64,000 bases of DNA from Camelus dromedarius (GCF_036321535.1 NC_087437.1:116624001-116688000), one strand, 5' to 3'. Positions 23,871 through 36,569 are shown, counted from the first letter of the stretch. Notes: generated from the sequence alone by a model not told the origin. Made by a program: numbers and translations.

Positions 23871-24841
23871 GAGATAAATGGTGTGTGTGTGGCAGGTTGG
23901 GAAGGTTTACTTGTCACAATAATTGGGGGCCCCTACTTGTGTTTCCTGGCTTGGGGTGCACTTGGGGTGATTCTGCACCGCCAGGAACTGTCTCACCCAC
24001 CATTTGGAAACCCCCCCCCCCATAGGAAGTACTGGCTGGGACCAAGGGCTTCTCCTCCTAGGCCGTCTGTCAGACTAGCTGCCTCCCTGCTGGGCTAACT
24101 TGGGGTGAGCTTCCCTTCACTTAGCCCAGGGGCCCTGGAGCCATGCACACAGGTGACAGACAGACAGAGATATAGAGAAAGATCTCGGTGTCACTCTGTG
24201 TGAACATGTCCAACAACAGCTTTCTGAAGAAAAGAGAAAGATAGCCAATAATTCATACCAGCTGGGACCCAAGCCCCATCCATTCGTCACACTTTTTTGC
24301 GTAGTGTTGAAAGGAGCGTAAAGTCAGCCCAGCGCCGTGAGAACTTTCTGTCATAAAGTAACAGAGACATGTTCCAGAAGGAAGGGAAGGGACCACAGTG
24401 TGCTGTCCTGCTCCCCGAAGGCACGTGTACGGTAAAGCCCGAAACGTGTAAGGATCAAACAGGAGCCTGGACATCCTGCTTCCTAGTGTCTGTCTAACAC
24501 CCTTGTCAGCGAGCAACTGCAGGTGAGGGAGGAAGGCTTAGGGAGAGTTAACAAAAGGAAGGAAGGACCAGAGGAAGGGAGGCGGGGAGGGAGGGAGGGA
24601 AATACTTCCTTTTCTTGTCTTTCTTTAAAACACCCTGTGGAGTTTTGTTGAGCACACCAGACTTTTGATGGGCCAGGCTTGCGCTCTGGAGTGGAATGCC
24701 ACGTCAGTGACACTGTTTCAGACTTGAGTGACCCTGGAAGAGGAAACAGAGGGAAGAATCTGGAAGCAGAGGTGGGGCCCAGAGCTCCCACCCAGGGATT
24801 CTCTCAGACAACCACCTTTGCTAGCTTTTCAAAATACCTCA

Positions 24842-25284
24842 TGGATGAGCCCCTGGGGGGTCACAAACTAGGTGGCTTACAACAGCAGAGAGGCAGTAAT
24901 CTCAGTTCTGGAGGCTGGAAGTCCAACAGCAAGGTGTCGGCAGGGCCAGGCGCCCTCTGAGGAATCAGGGGACAGTCCTTCCTGCCTCTTCCAGCCTCTA
25001 GTGGCTGCCAGCGGTCCCTGATGCTCCTTGGATTGTGGACACATTGCGCCATCTCTGTAGTCACATGGCACCTCCTGTGTGTCTGTGTCTTTCTGGGTCC
25101 AAATTTCCCTCTTCTTATAAGGACATGAGCTATTGGATTAGGGCCCACCCTGACCCAGGACAACCTCATCTTACTGTGGCTACACCTGCAGAGAACCTGT
25201 TTCTAACGCAGGTAGCATTCACAGGTACGGGGGGGATTAGAGATTCGTCGTATCTCTAGGGTGGACACAACTCAACCCTGAACA
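24842..25284 (-). mobile_element. MLT1B/C-like MaLR solo LTR
   Basis: cacaaactaggtggcttac..cagttctggaggctggaagtcc..cttataaggac..ttggattagggcccaccc..acacaactcaaccc. Confidence 0.85.
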
Positions 25285-26119
25285 CCTCAAATCACATTGC
25301 TATAAACAGCCACTCAGTCATACATCTCAGACATAAGAAATATCTTAAACTAGACTTGTGATGCCAAATGACTGACGGCTGATGTGAGAGTAAAACAAAG
25401 GTCTACCCCTAGCACCATGCCCATACAGCCTTCTGCTCCCTGGAGTCTTGGGGCCCCAGTGGTCATGCTTCTCTAGTACTTACAGCCACCAGGACTTAGA
25501 AGGATGATGTTGAGAGCAGCTGGGGGGAATGAGAGGAGGAGCCTGCCCACAAGGGCGCTTTAACCAGGTCGTGGTCCTGTCTTTCGGAGATGCTCTTTTT
25601 GTTGAAGCCCAGCAATCTTCATGTGGAGGGGATGCCCTGGACTTTTCTTCCAAGGTTCCTGCCTCTGAGTAGACCCTCAGCCCCATGGTCCTAGAGCTCC
25701 TCCTTCCTCCTCCTGCTCAGCTCTGCAGGCTGGGCTCCCCTGCCGGCTGCTTTCCAGCTGGACTTGGCTGGGTGGGGGTTAGCATTGGCAGGGAACTAGC
25801 GGAAATATTAGGTTAACCAGATTATATCACCAATATTTGTCCATTGTGTATCTGCAGAGGCAATTTCATATCGACTTCCAATCATTTCTGTTTTGCCAAT
25901 TGTGCCCGGTGAGGCACTGATTGAGCTCACCTGCAAAAAAAAAAAAAAAAAAAAAATCAGCCCTACTGGGGAGATGAGCCAGCCAATCTGTACGTCCCTT
26001 CTGAAGTCAGAAGAAGCAAAACCACCCATATTTTGTTCAGCTTGTGCTAATTTGTTGATCATATCCTTTAATTCCCTCCAGGACTGAGTCATGAGAATGA
26101 AGGGAGCCTGGGGGCTGTT

Positions 26120-26580
26120 TCAGTTGGTCATGGCCCAGGCAGAGGAACAAGGTCACAGTGAGTGTCATGGGATAGAGGAATTCTAGGACTTAGACCTTCT
26201 GCAATTGTGGGAGGAGCTAAGGAAGCCAAATCCAGAAGGGAGAGGAGAGGGTCAGTGTTGGAGACCCCCAACCCATCAACTTGAGAGCCAAACACATTGA
26301 GCTGCTAAAATGAGAGCACAAAGGTAGAGCTTGGGGAGGGGAAGGCTGCTATCACCTCTGAAGGTTTGCAGCCAGCGGTCAGGTCAAGAGCAGGGAGGAG
26401 CAGAGGAGAGAAGATGAACGGAACCCACCAGACCTCTGCGTCCACCCACCACCACATCCAGATGAGCTAGAGACCAGAGAGTGACCTTCACTGCTTCGCT
26501 GCCTTTCGGATATCACACAGATTGCTCTTCTGGCGAGCTCTAACTCAGGCCCACATGGGGCCATGCAACCGGAGAGTCTG
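26120..26580 (-). mobile_element. Ancient ERVL-type LTR (uncertain)
   Basis: ggacttagaccttctgcaattgtgggaggagct..ggaaggctgctatcacctctg, similar in style to 13875-14100. Confidence 0.5.
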
Positions 26581-27944
26581 CTGAAACATTTTCTAGAAAC
26601 ATAGCATCCATGGAATGATTTGGGAGCAGGAAGATTAGACTATTGATCAGAAGTATTCATCCTCCACCCTTCTCATAAAAGGTGCAGGGTATCTCCTATC
26701 CCTTGGCTTTAACTCGCGTGCCTTGCTTTGTCAGTGGAACCCGGAGAGGCCAGAGAGCTCACTTAGTCTCCTGGGCCTCAGCCTTAAGTGTCTTCATGAG
26801 TTTCCACTCACCGTCTTTTACTTCCACCGTTAACAGGAGACTAAACTGCTAGGCTGGACTGTTGGTCTGAGGAGGAGGATGAGAGACACGTGGAGCAGAA
26901 CTGAACAGCCCCAGCTGAACCAACCACAGGTCAGCTAATCACTAGCTGATCCCCAGAGGTGTGAGTAAACCTGGCCAAAATCATCAGACCTGCCCAGCCA
27001 AACCCAGCCTGGATTAGCTGGCCCCCGGCTGACTCCAACAGGCAAGAGTTAAATAAACGCTTGCCGTTGTTTGCTGCCGAGATTTTGTGGTTGTCTCTTA
27101 CACAGCGTTGCTTTGGCCACACGAAACCAGAACAAACATTGGTACCAGAACTGGAGTGCTACTGTAACAAAAACCCAAGATGTGTTGGACTGGCTTGGGG
27201 GATGAGTAGCATGAGGTTGAGAAACTTATAGGAGCTGAGAAAATGATGAGAGAACAATTTTAGGGGGCTGAAATAGTGACAATCAATGATGGGAGTAAAA
27301 AATAGAAAATGTACTTAATGAACATATGAACCTGGACAAAGAAATCTCCCTGCAAAATACCGAAAGTGTGAGTTGCTTGCTTTTAGCACATATGATGAGT
27401 TACTTCAAGAAAGAGATGGGATCAGAAGAGAACTGGCCAATCTAGAAGCAGAATTTGGAGGAAAGATAGGAATCAGAACTTGCTGAGTTAGAAAATTAAA
27501 CTATTTCTCATTTCCAGACTTTTTAGGCAGCAAAATATTTTCAAATCAGAATACAACCTGGCAACAGGGATCAATCCCACGGTGCCTCTGGTAAGACCGG
27601 GCCTCAAAGTAAAGACCAAATTAAGCAGATGACTGTAAGATCTTTTGTTAAGAACTTCCCAAAACTAAGGTGAGGTCTGGTGCACTCTCTCTGTTAGACA
27701 AAAAGACTTTTAGAAACCATTAAGGGTGGGGTGCAAGTGCAGTCTGACGTGTCTACAACACCAGTAAGTGCAGTGAGAGAGGACTCTCTCAGAATGAGTT
27801 AAGAGTGTGGCTTTTGGTACTTGGAGTAGACTGGAACCAAATATACATAAAACACACAATGTTTTTGAGGCAGCCATGTAGGCAAAGTGCTGGCAGCCAG
27901 CAGTAAAAGAGAGTGTTCAAGATACAAAAAGATCTGTGGGACCC

Positions 27945-28005
27945 TGTATCAGTCAAGGTTCTCCAAAAAACAAAACAAAACAAAACAAAGTCAATAGGAT
28001 CTCTC

Positions 28006-28054
<49 letters not shown>

Positions 28055-28403
28055 GTAGATAATTTTAAGGAATTGGCTCACATAATTTTGGAAGCTAGCA
28101 AGTTCTAATTCTTCATGGTAAGCCAGCAGGCTGGAGACCCAGAGAAGAACTGGTGTTGCAGCTTGACTCTGAAGGCCATCTGCTGGCAGAATTCCTTCTT
28201 CTCTGGAGGGAGTCAGTCTTTTCCTGTTAAGGTCTTCAACTATTTGGATGAGGCCCACCCACGTTATGTAGAGCAATCTGCTCTACTCAAAGTCTACTGA
28301 TTTAAATGTTAATCTCATCTAAAGAATATTTTTACAGAAACATGTTTGACCAAATATCCGGGTACTTTGATCTAGCCAAGTTGACCTATAAAATTAACCA
28401 TCT
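27945..28403 (-). mobile_element. MLT2 (ERVL) solo LTR nested in the MaLR internal region
   Basis: tgtatcagtcaaggttctcc..aaggaattggctcac..ggatgaggcccacccacgtta..ctagccaagttgacctataaaattaaccatc. Confidence 0.88.
28006..28053. repeat. (GATA)12 microsatellite inside MLT2
   Basis: Perfect tetranucleotide run. Confidence 0.97.
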
Positions 28404-29639
28404 TAATCTCCAACTTTCTACAGACAAAAAATAGGCCAAGAAAATTTCTGATTTGCCAAGAATAGCATATTTTCCAAAGTCCTCTTCAGATGTGAACCAG
28501 GAGAGGGATGAAAAAGAGAGGATAGCTCAGAGAACCTAGCCATGGGCTATGGCGAACAATGGGATGAGGAACTGCACCCAGTTGACTGAACCTGGCACTA
28601 ATAAGGGAAAATTCACCAACCTCAGTGTTGGGGGGTCTGGAAACATTTGCCAAGCAAGATTTCAAAATTGCTATGGACCTATGACTGCTATGTGCCTCCC
28701 ACGTTCCCTCTTTTAGATGGGTGTGTTTCCTGCGCTCATCCTGTTTCACTGTATTTTGTATATGTGTGTAGAGAGGAGGAATGAACTTGCTTTTTTTACT
28801 TTAAAGACTACAATGAAGAGGAGTTACATCTGGCCCTGATGTAGATCATGAGATCTTGACCTTCAAGTCTTGACCATGATTGGATGAAACTTTGGGGACC
28901 TTTGGACGGGGGTTAATGTATTTTGCATGTTGAAAAGTAATTAATATTCATAAATAAGGGGGTGATTATAAGTTATATTATTATTCACAGATACTCGCTT
29001 ACCACCACCACCACCACCACCACACACACACTAAGGCAGAGTATGTTTTGCTGTCTCTTGGCTTTCAGGATAGCCAAGTGACTTGCTTTGGCCAATAGAG
29101 CAAACATGGGAGTGATGATGTATCAGGCCTGAGCCTAGTCTTTCTGAGGCTTCATGTATTTCCATTTGTCTTCTTGAGAAAACAAGCCCAAGCTAGCGTG
29201 CTGGTTCCACAAGGAAGATGAGAGTCACAGGGGCATTGCTGAGCCCAGTGTACATCAGCTGACCTCCAGCCAATTCCTAGGTGGATGAGCAAGCCCAGCC
29301 AAGATCAGATGAGCCTAGATTATGTCATCTGGTCCCCAGACACAAGATGCAAAATAAACCCTCTTTGTTGTATGAAGCTGAGATTTTTTGTTTGTGATGC
29401 TATTGCGACCATAGGATACCTATACAAAAAGTAAGCTATAAAGAGCTTTGGGAAAGTGAAAAGGGAAAATAATATTTACTGAGATCTCATAACAATGTAC
29501 TAATTCTTTTAATTCCCAGAAAAAAAAAATTAAAAACCAAGGTGAGATTGCGCCCTAATAGATGCTTCCAGTTTAATAAATGAAAGCCAAACTTCTCTTT
29601 TCCACTCTTACCCTCCTATCATCACCACCTCTAACCATC

Positions 29640-30790
29640 TCCACCATCTTGAAAAATGGCTCCTTTGTTCTACCAGTTGCTCAGGTCAAGACCTTAGAGT
29701 TTCCACTTTGACTGCTGGCCCCTACCTGGTGCTCCTGCTTCTCCACCTGCCCTCCAACACTCCATTCCCCACACGGCACCCAGAGGGTTCTCCTAGAACA
29801 AATCAGATCATGCCATTCTTTTGTTCACAACTTTACAATGACTCTCATATTACTCAGAATGAAATTCCCTACAATGGCCCACAGCACCCTAGTGATCCAC
29901 ACCCCTGTCCCTCACCTCTCTGAATGGAACTCCTGCCACGGTCACCCTTGCTGATTCAACTCTAGCTACAAAGGCTTTTGTGGAGATGCTGGCAGTGCCC
30001 AGTCTCCATCCCTCAGCACTCACAATTCCTCAGCCCAGGTTATGACTTCCTGCTGTAAAAACCAGCAACGCTCCGTCTGAGTGCTTTTCCGGGTGTGCAG
30101 GGCCCATGCTCAGCAAAAACCATAGTGCTGGAAAACAGTGCTCAGCTAATGACAGGCTCGATTAGTGGAGGATCAATACCCCTGCTTCCGCATCCCTCGG
30201 GTGGGACAACACTGAGGGCTTGTTTGATGCTCCCTGTGGTCCTGGGCACTGATTGAACCACAGTTGCCCACAGTGACCATTCACTCATTAATGCCCCTCA
30301 GAATTGCTTCCTCCCCTTCTCTATCTCACCTCCCCACTTCTTCACCCATGCTTCCTGGGATCGTAGGCAGTCCCCTTGAACGCGAATCCTTATCTCAGAG
30401 TCTGCTTTTCGGGGTAACCCAATCTTATATAGTCTCCTTACTGTTCCTTAGACGTGCCAAGCATACGTCAGGACCTCACACTGACTTTTTGCTCTACCCC
30501 TAACGCTCTTCTCCCACATTCTGATTGGCTCACCCTCATGCTCACTCATGTCTCTTCTCAAATGCTACTTATCCAGTGCCTCCCTGACAAACACCCCTCT
30601 CCCACACCTGCTCTCATTTTCCTTCAAGCACTTTAACCCCTTGTTTGTTTGTTGTTGTCTGTCTTCCCCACTAAACATGGTTCCATGAGAGCAGAGACAT
30701 TGCCTGCACTGATCACGCCTGTACTGCTGCGTACCCAGCAGCCAGGACAGTGCCTGGCACAGAGTAAATGCTCAGCAAATTCAATTAATA
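29640..30790 (+). mobile_element. L2 3' region, split by LTR16
   Basis: ccagttgctcaggtcaagaccttagag; aatcagatcatgcc; acagtgcctggcacagagtaaatgctcagcaaat. Confidence 0.8.
29979..30430 (+). mobile_element. LTR16C-like ERVL solo LTR nested in L2
   Basis: tgtggagatgctggcagtgccc start; gcttcctgggatc..gaatccttatctcagagtctgcttttcggggtaaccc end. Confidence 0.78.
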
Positions 30791-30814
30791 TTAGTTTTTC
30801 CATTTTAAAGATAT

Positions 30815-31040
30815 TAATGATAATAGTTAACACTGAGTACCTGCTATGGGTCGAGAATTTACGTATGTTGACCTTAACCCTCTCGACAAATACTACCACT
30901 ATCCTCACTTCACAGTTGAGGAAACTGAGGCACAGAGAGGCTAAGGGGATCACTCCAGCCAGGCGAACAAGATGAAGAGGAACCAGAACTTGAGCCCAAA
31001 TAGTCTGGCTCTAGAGTCCTTGGTCTACAACGCCTTCCTA
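30815..31040 (-). mobile_element. MIR
   Basis: cacagttgaggaaactgaggcacagagaggctaag. Confidence 0.8.
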
Positions 31041-32699
31041 CTCTCCTTCTGAGTCCCAGAAACACCCACAGTCACACTCAGAAAGGTGGTCAGACCACAA
31101 ACTCCATGCTTATTTTGGGTTTGGAATCCAATTATATGTTTTTTCCAATTATTAAAAAAAAATACATGTTCATTGTAGAAAATTTAGAAATTCAGGGGAA
31201 GAAAACAAGACTATTAAATCACCTAGGAGCACTATTCACATGTGGCTGTTTTTATTCCAGACTTTTTTTGTGCACATGTTTGTCTCAAATCTTTGATGCA
31301 AAATTAGTGTCATGCAATTGGACACTTTGTCTTACTTTTTACAATCTTAACATCATATAATGAACATTCGTTGGGCTAATATGCTTTGAAAACATAATAC
31401 GTAATGTCCACACAAAATTCCACTGAACAAATTGCCTTCATTTATTTAGAAATGCCCTTAGTCTTAAACATTTAGCTTGTCTTAAAATTTTTGGAGTAAC
31501 TGAGAGTGAACATAAATCTCTGTCTCCATCACTGGACTATTTCCTTAGGACGAATTCCTAGAGGCAGAACTGCTGGGTCAGAGAGGGTGCATGTGGCTCA
31601 CAAAGCATGCGATTCATGCTTCCAAATGGTGCTCCCCAAAGGCTTGACTAATATTCATCCCTGCCAGGGTAGATAAAACCCCAGAGCTCTGTTGCTAGAG
31701 GTTCTTGGCTCAATCATGCTGCTCTCCCAATGTACCCAAACCCTGACTTTACAGATGAGGAAAGCAGCCCAGTTCAGCTGGATGCCTTGTCCACAATTAG
31801 TGGCAAGACCAGGCAGGAACAACAGTAGCATTTCTTCAGAAATAGGAGAAGGTAGATGGAGAGCCAGGTGATACCCAGCAAGCAGAGATGCCCCAGCCTG
31901 GGGTGTCACCTCTCCATTCTTCAGCTTTTGGCCACCCACAGACTCTCTTGCAAAGCAAATAACATACTGCATCTTCAGTGATTCCAGAAACTGCATCTCT
32001 TGGAAACTGCCAGAACGTTTCCAAATTATGGTCAAATTATGATTTCTCTCACCCACACAGTCACCAAATGACCCATGTGATGAGGAATTCGCTATTCACT
32101 GCAGACAAGATCCAACACCAATAAAATGTTCTGGCCTCAAGCTGTTCAAAGGAAAGCCTCTGTTTTAAAATCTAAAATAAAAATAATAATAAATTTGACA
32201 GCTGTCAGCACGTCATAGGTAAACGAAAAACGGAGGGCTTTGTCTTTTGCCTTCCTCTTAAAACAGGACAAGATTTCTGTCCGCTACAGAGCTTTGGGTC
32301 ACACCAGTGGGACCATACTGGTTTTAGATTTTAGTCAAAGCTGTCACTTGCAGAGCAATTTATATCATCATTTCAAAGCCAAGGTTGCATATTAAAATAT
32401 TCCTACTTCTCCTTTTAGAACTTGGAGTTTCTCGTTTCTTTGTCCAAAGACATCAAAAATGACCTCTGAAAAATGGCAGTTTAGCCCTTGAATCATTAAT
32501 TCTGTTTTCTCCACCCACTTTGAAAAAAGATACATTCAAATATAGATATAATGTAGATTTATCACACAAGGTTCTAAATTTTTTAATTGGTAAGGTTAAT
32601 CTACTTAAAGGGCACTAAACTTCTGTAAACAAATTTCATTCAACAAAATGTTCAGATACCTTCCCATATTGTATAAATATAAAGCATCACTTAATTTAT

Positions 32700-32840
32700 T
32701 TTTTAAATTGAAGTAAAGTTGATTTACAGTGCTGTGATAGTTTCGGTTGTGCAGCCAAGTGATTCAGGTACACATACATATAGATTCCTTTTCAGATTCT
32801 TTTCCATTATAAGTCATTACAAGATGCTGAATATAGTTCT
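32700..32840 (-). mobile_element. Short cetartiodactyl L1 3' end
   Basis: ttgaagtaaagttgatttacag..gtgattcag..ttcagattcttttccattata. Confidence 0.85.
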
Positions 32841-33339
32841 CCATACCTGTTTATACTTTTATTTTGAAACGTCATATAATTTTTCAATTCAAGTGGAAGT
32901 TACACTTGATTGTAAACACTTTAAGATAACTCAATCTCCTGTTCACCTATTATTCTCAACACACCCACCCCATCTGGTGTCCAACACTTTGCTGATTCTC
33001 TTTACACGTTTCTTTAGCAAAGGAGAAATCTCAAGGATGTGAAATGATTTACCCAGGTTTCATAATGAGGCCAACCGAGGCACGTTCACAACCCCCTTCT
33101 GACTCTAATCCCATTCTAGTCCCCAACCCAGAGGGAGATCTGGCTAAATATCCTGCAGGCCAGGCCCCGTTCCAACCGCCTGGACACTGTTATGTTGCCT
33201 TACAACACCAGGTAGGACTGTGTTGAGAGCATCCTTAAGTTTCATGCATTTTTAGACATTTAAAATGTTAATGATTTTTGGTCACAAACTTCTGTCAGCA
33301 AATCATTTCTTAACTGGCCCTCTTTTTTTTTTGGAATTT

Positions 33340-33445
33340 TGAAATTAATTTTAATAATACATTTTGTTTAACTAAAATTTCTAAGTATTATTATTTCAAC
33401 ATCTAATAAACAGAAAAGCCACTGAGATACTTTGTACTTTTTTAA
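33340..33445. mobile_element. MER33/MER3-like hAT-Charlie fragment
   Basis: aattaattttaataatacattttgtttaac..tattattatttcaacat..tgagatacttt. Confidence 0.55.
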
Positions 33446-33446
33446 T

Positions 33447-33952
33447 TCTTATTTTTTATTGAAGCGTAGTTGATTTACAGTGTTAGTTTCAGGTGTACAA
33501 CAAAGCGATTCAGTTTTACATATACATACATATATATTTTTTCAGTTTCTTTCCATTACTGCTCATTACAAGAAATTGAATATAGTTCCCTGGCTATACA
33601 GTAGGTCCTTGTTGTTTATCTATTTTATATATAGTAATGTGTATCTGTTAATCCCAAACTCCTAATCTATCCCTCTCCCCACCATTTTCCCCATGGTAAC
33701 CACAGTTTGTTTTCTATATCCATGAGTCTTATTACTGGCTTGTAAATAAAATTTGTTTTTGTTTTTTTTAGATTCCACATATAAACGACATCATATGATA
33801 TTTGTCTTTCTCTGTCTGACTTACTTCACTTAATATAATAATCTCTAGGTCCATCTATATTGCTGCAAATGGCATGATTTCATTCTTTTTTATGGCTAAT
33901 ATTCCATTGTATATATACCACATCTTTGCCCATTCATCGGTTGATGGACACA
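33447..33952 (-). mobile_element. Cetartiodactyl L1 3' end
   Basis: ttattgaagcgtagttgatttac...agattccacatataa..ggtccatctatattgctgcaaatggc. Confidence 0.92.
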
Positions 33953-34629
33953 TTGTAGCTAACTACCCTCTTAATACCTTTTAAAATAGTAATTTGTAAA
34001 AGATATGTGATAACTGTTCTAATAATTTTATGTACATTATAAAATATAAATACTGAAGTTTGAGATAAAAAATAAGTGTACACAGAGTTTCTAAGTTTTC
34101 TTTCAGCACCCCAGGGGTTCAGATCACACACACATACACACACGCCCTGGGGTGTACATACACTTTTTAAAACCTTTCTTCCAGTTCATTCTGGAGCCCA
34201 AGTCTGTCGCATCAGTGCTGCGATTTGGCCAACAAGGAGCTGGGGTGCCAGGCTGTTTGGGGAGCCACGGGAAGGGTGAAACTTTTCCATTTAGACCTGT
34301 TCCACCATATAAATGCTGAGAAAATAGGTGAGGAAAGAGTATTTTCTGAATGGTCCTATTATTGTCTTTTTATATTACCAAGGTGTATCATATCCAGCCA
34401 TTTATAAATAATATAGTTTATATGATTTTTAGTTGACAGTACAGATTCTTATTTCAGTATCTCTAAAGCCAACTATTGCAAGAGAAATGTGTAGTTATTC
34501 AGAGGAAAACTGCCTGCACTAGTAAGCGAGGCTATCCATCACAGTCACTTTACAGAAGATGGATAAGGGCAGGGACTGTACAAAAACTGGAAATGCCACC
34601 TGAGCCATTTTCCCAGTTGATCCTCAGGG

Positions 34630-35030
34630 ACGGGCGAAGGTCGTTCCCGTTTAGGCCAGGCGGTGGCGCTCCAGGCAAATGGTGGTTCTAAGTTGTCCCG
34701 GGGAAGCGCGCATCCTGAAGGTGCTCTCCAAGCACGTTGGTCAGAGAATGGACTTGAGATGGTCAGAAACGACGCGCTGGGGTGAATGGGAAAAGCATCT
34801 GGAGGATGTGCTGGGTGAGACTGCGCTGCCGAGAAGACAGGGCTCTGCACAAAGCCGAACAGAAGGGCCCGAAAGGAGTGGGGCGCCCCAGAGGGAGACC
34901 TGGCCACGGGATACGCGAGATGTCAGAGCAGCCGGGACGGGAAGCAGCGCCTGGTGCAGCTGCAGGGAGCGACTGTAGGAAAACAGCTGCCCCTCTGCGG
35001 CGGGAAACCCGGGCAGGAGCAGAGCGGGCA
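34630..35030. promoter_or_regulatory. Small CpG-rich island (orphan CGI/enhancer-like)
   Basis: About 29 CpG by hand count in ~400 bp of GC-rich non-repeat sequence, against a CpG-poor background; CTCF-like ccaggcggtggcgc near 34656. Confidence 0.5.
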
Positions 35031-36569
35031 GCTTAGAGGAAGCAGGAGGAGCCAAACCAGCATTTCAGAGTTAACCCCCATTTCTCCTTTCAGATGGAAT
35101 GAGAGGCCTTTTCAGGTTACTCTGCTGTCCTTTCATATGCCGATGAATGCAATGTGATTGGTTTCACCCCACCCTAGCCCCGCGTCTTACTACCTTACAA
35201 AATTACGATTGACTTTTGCAAGTCGAAAGATCTGTCCTTCTGATCATTGTTTGAATATGGGCAATTTTTGTGTCTATTTAAATAAACCTGAAAAAAATAA
35301 AATAAAATAGGGCCACATAAGCAAAAGTTCAATTTAAAGAAGTTAAGTTCTCCTAAAAGCTAGATTTGTACATTTTGCTTAAGTCTGCATATTTTTCCAG
35401 GAAAGATTTCTAAAATGGAATGTTCCCTAAACCCAGAATTTTCTAGCCTTTTCAGTAAACAAAGCATAGCCTGCATCTCTGCCCTTTATAAGAATAAAAT
35501 AAACTATCCAGAGGTGTAGACATTTGGATTCATCTGCAATGTCTAAATAACCTCTCATTGGAGTCATAATTATAAAAGCTTTGTTCAATTCCTTGAAAAA
35601 TTGGGGAAGGGCAGAGAGAGGTTTGTGGCTTACAATGGTGCAATAAGGAAGAATAATGAAAAGAATGAGAAAAGGCCAGCGTTCTCCAGGGCAATAACCA
35701 CTTTTTATGAGGCTGCGCCTTGAAACAGATTGAACAGAATAGCACATACTTCTTCCAGAAACACTCAAGTTCAAGACAGACTTTGCAGTAAGAGAAGAGA
35801 ACCGGATCCTCTGTTATGTCATTTCCTATTTTTCTATTTCATTTTGTACTGGTCCCTTGAAAATTCTTTGTGACTTTTCCAACTCACAAGGGCTCTCTGT
35901 TCCAGGAGGAGCCAAGTCCTAGAAGAATGAACAACTGAGACCCCTTTCCCTCCGGAAACACCCTTTGAATATCCGTGCATGTGGATTCCTTCCCAGACTC
36001 AACTTTCCCACAGCCTCCAAGACTGTGTGCAGATGTCAGGTTGTTATCTGTTCATTGTGCAATTTGCAGAAAGAGGCAGAAAAAAATGGAAAGCAGGCTG
36101 CTCAGATGTGTCCTGGGTGGCTGACTGGAAAACACCTACGCAGAAAAGACAGTTGATGCTCTATTTTTTCCAGCTGTACACATTCTTCACAGCAGATGTG
36201 CACTTCTGTGACAAAGGAGGTCATGATTGGTAAAGAAGAAATGCTTATTTAAAAACAATGTAGTCATTTTCTCAAAGTTATACCATAACCCAATTTAAAA
36301 TAGGATGGGAAGCAACCCACTGATGTTTTGCTCCAGCTCTGAATTAGCGTTCAGAAAGCCAGATGCCTAAATAAACAGTCCGTTATGCAAAAGCCCATAT
36401 GAGCTCTGGCCGTGGTGTTTGGAAAAATTATCAGTTTACTAAAATTTACTTGACCTGTTTTCTTCCTGATAAAGAATAATAAAGGAGAAGCAGCAGCAGA
36501 ACATTCCTGATTAAATACTCAGAATAAAAATCCTACGCCAAAAGTCCATGTAGACCAAGTGGCTGGGAA

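Larger units (their letters stand above)
26625..29426 (+). mobile_element. Two-LTR MLT1H-like MaLR provirus (5' LTR ~26625-27134, internal ~27135-28962, 3' LTR ~28963-29426)
   Basis: Two homologous direct LTRs; internal part starts attggtaccagaa..gtgctactgtaacaaaaacc and ends with a purine tract. Confidence 0.8.

Noticed and set aside
34545..35055. Several overlapping 80-120 aa ORFs in the CpG-rich block
   Set aside because: Stop-codon scarcity follows from high GC; no recognisable protein
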